DNA of 64,000 nucleotides from assembly GCF_028641065.1 (NCBI RefSeq), contig NC_073390.1:37200001-37264000 (forward strand). Reading direction: 5' to 3'. This document shows positions 24,939-36,504 of the stretch, in pieces (the stretch's first letter is position 1; every line of letters starts with the position of its first letter). The DNA is from Leucoraja erinacea. Taxonomy: Eukaryota. The notes below the pieces were generated by a model. That model ran no database searches, was not told the DNA's origin, and worked only from the letters and a program-made list of their open reading frames with translations. Both the position numbers and the translations under genes were made by a program.

Positions 24939-25562
24939 ATCTTACACACATCTTACACACATCTTACTATAATGATCCTGGGACCTGGGGAAGATTTGAG
25001 AAACAGTGAAAGAAGGCCAAAAGTGGTGTAATTTAAAATAGATATATATTTGCACTGAGGCCTAACATCTAGGAGCTGGTGGCCTCCAACTGCAATCGTC
25101 CTTGAGGGCTCCGGTCGCTGAGCCTGTGGACTTAGCATCACGGAGCTGGCTGACTTCGGAGGCTGTGGTGGAGTTGCGGATGCGACTCAACTTTGGAGGC
25201 TTCAGCCGCGGGCCCTGTGGACTGTAATAACGGGCGCTCGCAGATCCCTGGTTGGTGACTGACTTTTGGGAGATCCAGCAACAACAGCAGCTTCTTCCAC
25301 CCCGAATCGTGGGGCTTGAATTGGCCCAATCGCGGGGCCTTTCATCGCCCGGCACGGCTTAAAATTGGCCGCGGGATCTACCATCGCCCGGCGGGGGCTT
25401 CAACATCGAGAGCCTCGATCGCCTCGACGCAGCAGTTTGACTGCCTGACCGAGGGAGATATAGCAAGGGGTAGATAACATGGGGTGGATTGTCTCACACC
25501 TCTCAAAACATTGGGGGGGACACGCACTCCCCCCCCCATCTCCCCAGGGATTTCCACCTATA
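24765..25562. mobile_element. Putative non-autonomous DNA transposon with imperfect TIRs, containing poly-C/(CA)n and a retroposon fragment
   Basis: Ends TATGGGCGGACATCGC and GGGATTTCCACCTATA are imperfect inverted repeats. It splits a Penelope remnant that is contiguous at 7600-7635. Confidence 0.5.
24872..24962. repeat. Poly-C tract plus (CA)n microsatellite
   Basis: Directly visible. Confidence 0.95.
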
Positions 25563-26775
25563 TGGATAGATGAGGTTTCTAACTAGACAAAGTGGGACCC
25601 TTTGGGTCCCTGTCACACAGGAGGCTTGGTCCCCCAACGCAATATTCCACCATTCACCTAGAGCCCCCAAATGCACAGGCGCAGCTCATTTCCCCTCATC
25701 CCTAGCACTTTTGCCCCCTCCTCCACCCTCCCTCTTCTTTCCCCTCTCCTCCTCTCCTCCCCAAATCTATCCCTCACCTCTCCCTCCCTCTCCTTTCCCC
25801 TACCCGCAGTCATCCATCCCTCCCTCCCTCCCTCCATAACTCTGTTCCCCTCCCTACTCCCCTCCTCTCCCACTATCCACTCTCCTCCCCCACCCCAGGA
25901 TCTCGAGGCTGCCGCTCCACTGCCTTCTTGCATACCCCGGAGGAGCATCAGCCATCAGCGCCCTCAGAGCCAGGCCTTGGTTCGGCCCGGAAGCACCAGC
26001 AGCTACAGCCGCGCCGGCGTGTGGGCGGGGGAGGGGGGAGAGCTCGCAGAAAAGATGGGGGAAGAGCCATGGGGGAGAAGGGGGCTACCACGGGGGAGAG
26101 GGCAGGAGCCAGCGAGGGGTCCAGAGGGGAAAGGGGTTCAGCTGTTGTGCGTCGCGATGGCAGTGCGTTTGGGATTTATAGCGGGTGCTGGATTCTCTCC
26201 TCCGTCGGGATCAGACTCTCCGTTTTCCGTTTGGTGACATTGCCGCGCTGCTTGGCTGCTTCGGATCCCCCCCGCTCTTCTGGTCGCTCCACTTTCCTCT
26301 GCTCCAGTAAAGACGCGATGGCGTAGGAAGGGGAAGACCATCCTGGGGAGTTACAGGGGAAGAGACTATTCCGCGCGGCGCTGGAAGGCAGGAGAAGAGA
26401 TTGAAATCTGATGAACTTTGATGACATTCAACCGATCGGAACGAAACTTGGTGGACTCACAGCACAAGAGAACGGTGAGTGAACTGGTGAAAAATCGTAG
26501 CGCTATCGCGAATCATTTTTGCGCAAATAGAATGACCGCCAAACCGGAAGATAAGATCAGAGTTTTAGTTATGTATTAGACTAAGTGGGACCCGTTGGGT
26601 CCCATGTTCACATGGGAGGGCTGGTCCCCTATGCAATATTCTACCTCTCCACCAATTCCAATATTGATGGCCACTGGGGGGGGGGGGCTTTCTGTAGTGC
26701 TAGTATGGATGTTGTGGGCCAAAGGGACTGGTTTCCAGAGGGCTAGTATGGACATTGTGTACCGAATGGATTATT

Positions 26776-26880
26776 GGGCTGGCAGCTCAGTCACTCTGGC
26801 TTGGTGGGCTGGCAGCTCAGTCACTCAGGCCTGGTGGGCTAGCAGCTCAGTCTCTCAGGACTGGTGGGCTGGCAGCTCAG
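26776..26880 (+). repeat. 30-bp minisatellite, about 3.5 copies
   Basis: Unit GGGCTGGCAGCTCAGTCACTC(T/A)GGC(T/C)TGGT. Confidence 0.9.
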
Positions 26881-27332
26881 AAACTGCCAGAAATTCTGCC
26901 CAAAACAGGTGAGAGACTCCGTGAGAGAGAAGGGGGAGAGTTTGGAGAATCAATTTTAGACATTTTTCATCTTTTCCACAGATCACACCAATGAACAAGG
27001 AAAGTCTTTCCTGGCTTGGATCTCACAGGGAGCCAATCAAGGGAGGGAGAAAAATACTGGGGTGAGGTTTAATACTTACAGGGGGAATACTTACTAATGG
27101 GCCCATAGGGACTCCTCCTGGGCTTGTACAGGCCTGAGGGGCCGAAGGGAGATAAAAATAATCTGAGTGAATTCTCAGTGAAATGCACTTTTTGTGGACT
27201 TTTCCAGGCCTAGCACGGGCCTTTTGGGCCATAATTCTCCTCCTGGGCTAATATGGGCATTTGGGGCAATAGAGACTGGTTTCTGGGCTAATAGGGGCCT
27301 TGTGGGCCGAAATGAGTTTCAGGAAAGCCAAA

Positions 27333-27578
27333 GGTGGGCTGGCAGTTCACTCACTCATTCACGATTGGTAGGTTGACATTTCCCTCACTCACTCACTCAC
27401 TCACGGCTGGTAGGCTGGCAGTTCACTCACTCATGGCTGGTGGGCTGGCAGTTCATTCACTCATGGCTGGTGGGCTGGCAGTTCATTCACTCACGGCTGT
27501 TGAGCTTGCAGTTGACTCACGGCTGGTGGGCTGGCAGTTGATTGACTCACAGTTGGTGGGCTGGCAGTTCACTCACGG
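27333..27578 (+). repeat. Degenerate ~30-bp minisatellite
   Basis: Unit GGCTGGTGGGCTGGCAGTTCACTCACTCA(T/C), related to the 26776 array. Confidence 0.9.
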
Positions 27579-27600
27579 CTATTCCTTGAAATTCCATTTA

Positions 27601-27773
27601 AAGCAGAGTGCAGGCCACCAAATTCATTTCATACCATTTTAAGCAGAGTGCAGGCCACCAAATTCAATTTCATACAATTTCAAGCAAAGTGCAGGCCACC
27701 AAATTCAAATGCAATTTTGTACCATTTCAAGCAGAGTGCTGGCCACCAAATTCAAATGCAATTTCATACCATT
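27601..27773 (+). repeat. 40-48-bp minisatellite, 4 copies
   Basis: Unit AAGCAGAGTGCAGGCCACCAAATTCA...ATACCATTT. Confidence 0.9.
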
Positions 27774-28420
27774 TGGGCTTTATACTGCAGGCCCCTGGGA
27801 AGGGAAGTCTTCATTGTGGCGATTGACAGGCGAGAGGACCAATCAGCTGATCTCAAGATTTTTTAAATATTCATAACTTTTTTATTTTTCATCGATCGGA
27901 AAAATCCTCAGGACTGTGAGTAAGATGGCCAAAATCATAGTGATATATGGTAGCATTTTTTCTAAAATCAATANNNNNNNNNNNNNNNNNNNNNNNNNNN
28001 NNNNNNNNNNNNNNNNNNNNNNNNNNNNNNNNNNNNNNNNNNNNNNNNNNNNNNNNNNNNNNNNNNNNNNNNNNNNNNNNNNNNNNNNNNNNNNNNNNNN
28101 NNNNNNNNNNNNNNNNNNNNNNNNNNNNNNNNNNNNNNNNNNNNNNNNNNNNNNNNNNNNNNNNNNNNNNNNNNNNNNNNNNNNNATTGGCAAAATAATG
28201 ACAGAAGCATTAATTGTTTTGTACTTTCATGTACGTCTTGTAAGAGGTGACTATTGTCACACACAACAATGAATCAGAGGCACTGCATTTGATGTGCGCT
28301 TATTATTTTAGAAGTGTTTGCACTGAACAAATGCAGAATGCTTTGTGTGCTTTCTTGTTTGTATTGTGCCTGCTGCTCAGCTTTTACAATAAAACAAAAG
28401 TGACGTGAAAAAAAAAAAAA

Positions 28421-29550
28421 GAGAGAGACTCCAAACACTAGCAACAGTAATTAAAGATTATCAAAACCCTCTTGATTCCCCAATTACCTTGGAAGAACTG
28501 ACCATAAAAATAAAATCTCTCCACTCAAAGAAAGCCTGTGGTCCAGACAGCATCAAAAATGAAATGCTCAAGTACAGCACTCCGGAGATGCAGGACATAG
28601 TGCTGTTCAACATCATACTACGATCAGGTTACTTCCCTGATATTTGGTGCCAAGGTCTTATTTCACCCATTTATAAGAATGGAAACAAATTAGACCCAAA
28701 TAATTATCATGGCATCTGTGTCAGTAGCTGCATAGGGAAGTTATTCTGCAGTGTCATAAACAACAGAATGCAGGATTTCCTTAACAAACACAACATTCTC
28801 AGTAAAAACCAAATTGGCTTCCTCCCAAAACACCGTACCACTGACCACATTTATACCCTCCACACCCTCATTGAAAAACATGTACACCAAACGAAAAATG
28901 GGAAAATATTTGCCCATTTTATTGACTTTGAGAAAGCATTTGACTCTATTTTGCATGAAGGGCTCTATTACAAACTCGTCGGGTGTGGTATAGGAGGAAA
29001 GGTATATGACCTTATCAAATCAATGTATCTGAATAATAAATGTGGCGTTAAAATTGGGGACAAACGCACTGATCTCTTCGCCCAGAGAAGAGGTGTCCAG
29101 CAAGGCTGCAATCTGAGCCCGACACTGTTTAATGTATATATCAACGATTTGGCAGTAAAGTTGGACCAGAGCACAGCGCCGAGCCTCTGTCTTCTGGACG
29201 GAGAGGTAAAATCCCTGTTTTATGCGGATGACTTAGTTCTGCTGTCCCCCACAGAACAGGGACTGCAGCAACAGTTGGACCTACTTGGTGAGTACTGCCA
29301 AAATTGGGCCCTGGCAGTAAATCTAAAGAAAACCAACATCATGATTTTTCAGAAAAGACCCAGATGCCAGGAAGATAAATACAAATTTACTCTCAATGGT
29401 AATGTTATCGAACACACTATGAGCTATACTTACCTTGGTCTAACTATTTCAACATCAGGGAGCTTCAATATGGCAGTGAATGCACTAAAAGAGAAAGCTC
29501 GAAGAGCTCTGTATGCAATAAAAAGAAGATTCTACAACATCCAAATCCCA
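28421..29550 (+). mobile_element. Non-LTR retrotransposon RT fragment, RTEX-like, open frame but truncated at both ends
   Basis: ORF 28405-29610 carries KACGPDSIKNEMLK, DPNNYHGICVSSCIGKLF, QIGF...TTDHIYTL, FIDFEKAFDS, GVQQGCNLSPTLFN, YADD and YTYLG. Host unit sequence resumes at 29551. Confidence 0.85.
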
Positions 29551-30120
29551 GAGGGGGACATTACAGACTTCATAAGTACGTCAGAGGCCCACCTGTTTCT
29601 TCATGAGTGACCCGTGAACCCACAGACCAAGCTGCAAGGACTAAGATTATGATGTTCCACTCAAGCACGCAGGAAAGCAAAAGTCAGTGACTTTGCGGAA
29701 GTTGAACCATTTCCCTTTTTCTTTTTTTTTTTAAACCTGAAGTAAATTACATAATGCACAAGGTGTGCTGAATGATTACATTTCTAAGCTGATTTCTGAT
29801 TAATGATCTCTGCCCCAAATTATTGTTTCATTTTGCACAAAATTTTACAAAGGATAATTGGAATAAAATATTCACTTTTTTGATCAATTTTTTCAGCAGT
29901 GCTGACCCAATTTGTATTACTGGCCAAAATTGAAAGACTGTTCTCCTTAGATTTTCAATATGTTGTGTTACTAATTTTAAATCTAAATGGAAACAACATA
30001 GGAAATAAACAAAACATGCTTTCAATCGATCTTGGACAGTGAAACAAAAGTGTATGGAAATAATTGTAAACTTAGACTACTAAGATCTATTTAGAAACAC
30101 CCTGATGTAATCAGGTGAAG

Positions 30121-30199
30121 TGACGTAGAGGAAAACCCAAAGATGTCACGGAAGGCATTTCCTTGCTTCATAAAACTTCCCAATCAAAGTGTATATAAA
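30121..30199 (+). promoter_or_regulatory. Proximal promoter of copy D
   Basis: TGACGT at 30121-30126, GGAAAACCC at 30130-30138, then CATTTCCTTG, then TATATAAA at 30192-30199. Confidence 0.75.
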
Positions 30200-30289
30200 C
30201 AGTTGACAGAATCCCCAAAACACATCAGATCTCAGTTGCAACCTCAACATTCTCTACGGCAAAGTTATCTTATAAACCAGTGATCAGCA

Positions 30290-31059
30290 ATGAACACTCT
30301 CAAGAGACTTCTCCCAGCAGCTATGCTCTCATTGATTGTACTGAACATGTTTTGTAATACACCATCAGCAGGTAAGTCCGAGATATGCCTTTTAACTCAT
30401 TCCTACGAATCAGATTTGAAAATATATATTTGATTGTGCTACATGCATGACAATATTTTTCACTTTTCCAGCTGCAACATACGGCGACTGCTGTCTCGCT
30501 TATTCAAAGAAGCGACTGCCACAAAAATTGATCTCTGGTTATGTGGAGCAAAAATCCAATGAAATATGTGAGAAAGATGCAATTATGTAAGTACAAATAA
30601 ACAATACATTGCTTTTGAAAATAGAACAAAACTTATTACAATGTTCGGTTAATGGATCAACAATTTAAATATTTTATAGATTCTTCACCGTCAGAGGAAG
30701 AGCAGTGTGTGCAGATCCTGAGCACCATTGGGTGAAGAAAGCACTGAATTTTTTGAGGTAAGCAACATAATAATTTGACAAAGCTACAGCAGTGAAATGA
30801 AATGTATAAAGTGTCGCCAATCAAGAGTAGATGAGGGTTGCGTCCACAATCAAACTTTTGAATATAAATCTCAAAAATATAATTTCTTTTGCAAAGTTGC
30901 TGTAAAATGTAAACAACTCAGTAATATTCCGATATTTAGAAGAAGTCTTTGACAGCATGTTTTCATTGATTTTTTTCTTGTTACAACATTTGATCACTTG
31001 AAATTTATTGATCTCTTTGTCTTCACAGCAAAAAGCTGAGAAAAATGTCACAGAATTGA
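30290..31059 (+). CDS. CCL20: C-C motif chemokine 20-like, copy D (4 exons, 101 aa)
   Basis: Exons 30290-30371, 30472-30586, 30680-30757 and 31029-31059, all GT-AG. Protein MNTLKRLLPAAMLSLIVLNMFCNTPSAAATYGDCCLAYSKKRLPQKLISGYVEQKSNEICEKDAIIFFTVRGRAVCADPEHHWVKKALNFLSKKLRKMSQN. Confidence 0.93.
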
Positions 31060-32127
31060 GCCGCGTCTCAAGCCGGGTCGAGGGAAGAAATTGGCTGCAT
31101 TTAGCTGGATTCATTTAAAAAAAAACCTTCCTGCATAGTATCTATGATAATAGAAGTTTAGTAAAATTTCTGTAATTTGTATCACTCACAATTGAGCCAC
31201 TTTATTGTTAGTATGTTCTACTGAACATGAAGAAGTAACTTAAATGTATATTCTTATTTATATTTTGCTACATTGCTACAACAAACTGATTGTGAATTAA
31301 ATGAAGGTAATTGTAATATAATCACCTGTATGTGTATCAGTCAATCTAAGCTTGATTTATTGGAAAGTGAAAGATGACGAGGAATATCTCTGAGTTTAAG
31401 TAGCACCGTGTTAATTGCCACCTTTGGTCATTTTAAATGGCTGCGAATGAAAAATAAAGATAATTACTTCAGTTTTCTTCTTCGGTGATTTATTTTATGA
31501 GATCTCGTTTGCCTCACTAACGGAAACCTAGTCAATGATAAACCACTTGCAGCATTGCCAGCTCATTACATACACCATTCCAACTTCATCAGCCATGAGG
31601 CGGATTGTTCCCATTGTTCAAAATCCCAGGAAAGCCAACAAGGGATTCCAGAGGTCCGACCTTTAACCGTTGCCCTCTGGTTATGGACATCTCAGGGGAA
31701 ATGTTGTCAACATCTACCCGGTGTAGTTTCCTTTTTCACCTGTGTTTTTTCTTGGGCTTCATACAGTTTTCATTTCCTTTTTTCAACTCCCTTCCACTTT
31801 TAATGCATTCAAAATCTAGGTTTATGTCAAATTTCATTGGTGAGCTTAAATGTGCATGAAGTTTTTGGTTTGACAACAATTTATATGGCAATGCAGAGAT
31901 ACTCTGTGGACTGCCAACAAAGTGTCACAAATTGCTGGATAATTCATTGATTGTCCCTCCGGTGGCTGATTATCACACAGCAAAAGCCTTTCACTGTACG
32001 TCTGTACATGTGACAATAAACTCAAAGTCAAAGCTCTGCTGGTCTGCTCTGTGAATGTGACTGCTTCCCTTCTGCCTTTGTAATTTCCAATGAATTTCTG
32101 GAGTCCCTCACTAAGTCTTGTGGTTAG

Positions 32128-32407
32128 AGGGCAGCGCAGTGACATAATGGTAGCGTTTCTACCTTACAGCTCTCTGTACAGAGTTTGCACTGTGACCATG
32201 GGATATTCTCCGGGTGCTCCAATTTCCTCCTACACTCCAAAGACATGCAGGTTTGTAGGTCAATAGACTTTGGTAAAATTGTGACTTGTCCCGAGTGTGT
32301 AGGATATTGCTAGTGTATAGGATGATCACTGGTCAGTGCAGACTCGATTGGCCGAAGGGCCTTATTCTGGATTATATGTCTAAAGTCTCTAAAGTGTAAA
32401 GTATAAA
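32128..32407 (+). mobile_element. HE1-like V-SINE (decayed)
   Basis: CCGGGTGCTCC..TTTCCTCC core and GGCCGAAGGGCC 3' end as at 22899-23441. Confidence 0.75.
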
Positions 32408-32810
32408 GAACATAGAACATAGAAAAGTGCAGCACACGAACAGGCCCTTCAGCCCATAGGGTCTGTGCAAACATGATGCCAGAAGGAACTAATCTCCTCA
32501 GCCTTCTCTGATCCATATCCATCCATTCCCCACATATCCATGCGCTATCTATATGCCTCTTAAACACATTTCATGCTCACATAACCCATCCAACCGCTCA
32601 GCACCGATAAACAGTAAATCGCAGATTTTCATTCATGCAGCTAAGAATTTTTATTAGGACTTTCATTGTAAATTTATTTTCTTCCTTTTTATTTCCCATC
32701 TCAACCCCCTCTCTCTCTCTCTCTCTCTCTCTCTTTTCTTAAAAAAAAATTCTCAGTATCTATTTGACTTTTATTTACCCATTTCCATTTGAGTCTATGT
32801 TAACCCATCA

Positions 32811-33432
32811 CAAGGTCATAAGGTCATAAGTAATAGGAGCAGAATTAGACCATTTGGCCCATCAAGTCTACTCTGCCATTCAATCATGGCTGATCTACCT
32901 CTCCCTCCTAATCCCATTCTCCTGCCTTCTTCCCATAACCCCTGACACACGTACCAATCAAGAATCTATCTATCCCTGCCTTAAAAATATCCATTGAAGG
33001 CCTCCACGGCCTACTGTGGTAAATAATTCCACAGATTCTGCCTAAATAATTTCCTCCTCATCTCCTTCCTAAAGGAACGTCCTTAATTCTGCGTATATGG
33101 CCTCTAGTGCTGGACTCTCCCAAATTGAGACATCCACATCCAGTCTATCCAAGCCTTTCACTATTCGGTAGGTTTCAATGAGGTGCCCCCTCATCCTTCT
33201 AAACTCCAGCAAGTACAGGTCCAGTGCCGTCAAACGCTCATCAAATGTTAACCCACTCTTTCCTGGGATCATTCTTGTAAACCTTCTCTGGCCCTCTCGA
33301 GAGCCAGCACATCCTTCCTCAGATATGGTGCACATAATTGCTCACAATACTCCAAATGCGGCCTGACCAGCGCCTTATAAAGCCTCGGCATTACATCCCT
33401 GTTTTTGCATTCTAGCCCTCTTGAAATAAATG
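32811..33432 (-). mobile_element. CR1-type LINE 3' fragment
   Basis: QRRFTRMIPG...LEFRRMRGHLIETYRIVKGLDRLD with a (TTATGACC)n tail. Confidence 0.88.
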
Positions 33433-33859
33433 GTATGTCATCCAGACAGTCCCATTTGCCTGCTCATTTTTCACAACTTCCTATTTTTTTTAATCCTCTT
33501 CCCTTTTGAAAAATGCAATTGAATCTGTCTCATCTACCCTTCGAGGTAGATCATTTCAGATAACAATGACTAACTGTTCCAACAAGTTTTAATTTCTCTG
33601 CACCTTTGCTTGAACTTTTGACAGTCACTTTCAATCTCTGTATTCAAGGCATTGATATCTTTTGTCTTTTGTTCTTAACTTCAATTGATTATGACTGGCC
33701 CTGGATTCACTAATGTCCTACACCCTTTGGCGTTTTGTAACTTAATCTTGTAAAAAAACTTTGAGCCAAGCTCAAAGACCCAACAGTAAATTCCAGGACA
33801 TTGCTCCTTTGTAGCCTCCTTTCCCTAGATCAACCATATCACGTACACTTTACTCAAAG

Positions 33860-34160
33860 ATAGGTACAAGCGTGGAAATAAGACCTTCGGCCCACCGAGT
33901 CCACACAGACCAGCGATCCCCGCACATTAACAGTACCCTACACATTAGCAACAATTTACATTTATACCAAGCCAATTAACCTACAAACCTGTATAACTTG
34001 ATTGTGGGAGGAAACGAAGATCTCGGAGAAAGCCCACGTGGTCACGGGAAGATCGTAAAAACTCCGTACCGACAGCACCCGTAGTCGGGATCAAACCCGC
34101 GTCTCTGGCGCTGAAAGCGCTGCAAGGCAGCAACTCAACCGCTGCACCATCGTGCCGCCC
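33860..34160 (-). mobile_element. HE1-like V-SINE
   Basis: Reverse complement of the SINE at 22899-23441, without the MITE. Confidence 0.8.
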
Positions 34161-34221
34161 TTGCTATTTTGCTTTCTGTCAAAGCTGTCCTGGACATATT
34201 TACCAAAGACAAGAGCATCGC

Positions 34222-34545
34222 GGGATAGCACAGTGGCACAGCTGGTAGAGCTGCTGCCTCACAGCGCCAGAAAATTAGGTTCAATCCTGTCCTCGGGCGC
34301 TGTCTGTGTGGAGTTTGCACGTTCTCCTTGTGACCATATGGGTTTCCTCCTGGTGCTCTGATTTCCTCCCACATCCTAAAGATGTGTGGGCTTTGTAGTT
34401 TAATTGGCATCTGTAAATTGCCCCTAGTGTATAGGGAGTGGATACGAAAGTGGAATGACATAGAATTAGTGTGAACAGGTAATCAATGGTCAGTGGGGTG
34501 AAGGCATGTTTCCATGCTGCATCTTTCAATCAATAAATCAATCAC
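34222..34545 (+). mobile_element. HE1-like V-SINE
   Basis: A and B boxes, GTTTGCACGTTCTCC V-domain and a (CAAT)n tail. Confidence 0.8.
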
Positions 34546-35380
34546 GGAAACTACTCTGTATCAGTCAGGTAGAAAAAATATCTAAAGCGTGTGATGGAGT
34601 CAACTGTAAGAACTAGATTGGTCACATCAATGGGAACCAAGCAGATCACTATTTCTCAACCCAACATTCTAATTTGAGCAACATACGGGAGCTTTCATCA
34701 GAAAACCCAATAGTTGGGATTTCCCCAGAAAAAGGCATATTAATTTGCCCTTATTCCCACGCAAAACCCACCTGATTAATAGGTTTGGTTCTCCGTCAGA
34801 AGTGGTCAATAGAAATGAATGTGTGGTTCATATTCCAGAGGTCATTTTGCTATACCAATCAAATAAAAATTCCTACCCCAATATTTTCCATTGAGCTTTA
34901 TCCTTTCAACCAAGCGATCGCAGCGTATGTTACTATAAATGACCTTTCAAACGCATAATGGAAGCTATGTTTTCACAACGGAACTATCTGTTTGAGGGTG
35001 GAACCGATGACAAGTGAATAGAATCTAGGTTATTTGATCGTTTACTCATCACAGTTCTGACAAGGTAACTGCCAAATCCATTGCTACAAGTTACAAATTA
35101 ATCCATCCTTTATTTGACCTACATGTTCAAACAAATTGCTAAAGATGCCTCATTAACTACCTTGGGTTTTCATGTTCAGTGAACAACTACAGATATCAAA
35201 CCACAAAAGTCAATGAAAAGCTACACTAGCTGGTGGCTAATCCAGGGCGTGTAAAGCTGTGCTATAATATTCATTGGTGATATGCCAAACAGCAAGGCTT
35301 TTTAGTTCCGAGACACAGCATGAAAACAGGCCCTTTGTCCCACTGACTCCATGCCAACCATTTATCACTTGCTCACACTA

Positions 35381-36007
35381 ATTCAGATTCAGATTCAGAT
35401 TCAACTTTAATTGTCATTGTCAGTGTACAGTACAGAGACAACGAAATGCATTTAGCATCTCCCTGGAAGAGCGACATAGCATATGATTTGAATAAATATT
35501 TACATTACCATATACAGACATAGTGTTTTTCCTGTGGGAGGAGTGTCCAGGGGGGGGGGGGGTGATTGGCAGTCACCGAGGTACGTTGTTGACTATAGTG
35601 ACAGCCGCTGGGAAGAAGCTGTTCCTGGACCTGCTGGTCCGGCAACGGAGAGACCTGTAGCGCCTCCCGGATGGTAGGAGGGTAAACAGTCCATGGTTGG
35701 GGTGAGAGCAGTCCTTGGCGATGCTGAGCGCCTTCCGCAGACAGCGCTTGCTTTGGACAGACTCAATGGAGGGGAGCGAGGAACCGGTGATGCGTTGGGC
35801 AATTTTCACCACCCTCTGCAATGCCTTCCGGTCGGAGACAGAGCAGTTGCCATACCGTACTGTGATACAGTTGGTAAGGATGCTCTCGATGGTGCAGCGG
35901 TAGAAGTTCACCAGGATCTGAGGAGACAGATGGACCTTCTTCAGTCTCCTCAGGAAGAAGAGACGCTGGTGAGCCTTCTTGATCAGAGTTGAGGTATTAT
36001 GGGTCCA
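35381..36007 (-). mobile_element. Rex1/Babar-type LINE 3' fragment inserted in a SINE (SINE halves about 35300-35380 and 36008-36253)
   Basis: NFYRCTIESILTNCITV.YGNCS..DRKALQRVVK.AQ.I.G...HP...LLPSGRRYR with a (CTGAAT)n tail. Confidence 0.9.
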
Positions 36008-36310
36008 TATTCTATGTTATCCCACTTTCTCATCCACTTCCCATACACTGGGGCCAATTTACAGCAGCTAATAAATCTACAAACCCGCATGTCTTCGGGA
36101 TGAGAGAGGAAACTGGAGCACCTGAAGGAAACCCACACGGTCAAAGGGAGAGCATACAAACTCCACACAGACAGCTCCCAAGGTCAGGATCAAACCTAGG
36201 TCTCCGGCAGCATGAAGCAGTATCTCTACCAGCTGTGCCATTGTGCTGCCCCACATAGTTCACCAAGAACACACACACTCTTGAACTTATACGGCATGTT
36301 CTCAACCTCA

Positions 36311-36504
36311 AGGGCCTGTCCCACTTGGGCGTTATTTGCACGTCATTTACACAACATCATATTTTACGCATCAAGACGCAAGCGTGCATTACGCACGCAT
36401 GAAGTGTGCATGGTGCGTGGTGAGATGTATTGTCGTAGGCAGTGACGCGCAGTAGTGCGCAGCACCCCATGACGCGCAAATGAGGCCCAAGTGGAACAGG
36501 CCCT
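36311..36504. mobile_element. MITE (PIF/Harbinger-like)
   Basis: TIRs AGGGCCTGTCCCACTTGGGC and GCCCAAGTGGAACAGGCCCT with a 3-bp TSD TCA (36308-36310 and 36505-36507). Confidence 0.85.

Larger units (their letters stand above)
25582..27973 (+). mobile_element. Two head-to-tail Helitron/Helentron-like non-autonomous elements with internal minisatellites
   Basis: Both start A(C/T)TAGAC.AAGT followed by the hairpin GGGACCC-NTT-GGGTCCC (25594-25610 and 26587-26603). No TIRs or TSD are seen. The second copy runs into the gap. Confidence 0.5.

Noticed and set aside
25570-26430. GC-rich overlapping ORFs resembling a CpG-island gene start
   Set aside because: The peptides are low-complexity, the region lies inside a repeat element and I see no linked exons.
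26776-27773. ~30-bp repeats superficially like a CRISPR array
   Set aside because: They are contiguous degenerate tandem repeats with no unique spacers and no cas genes, in vertebrate DNA.
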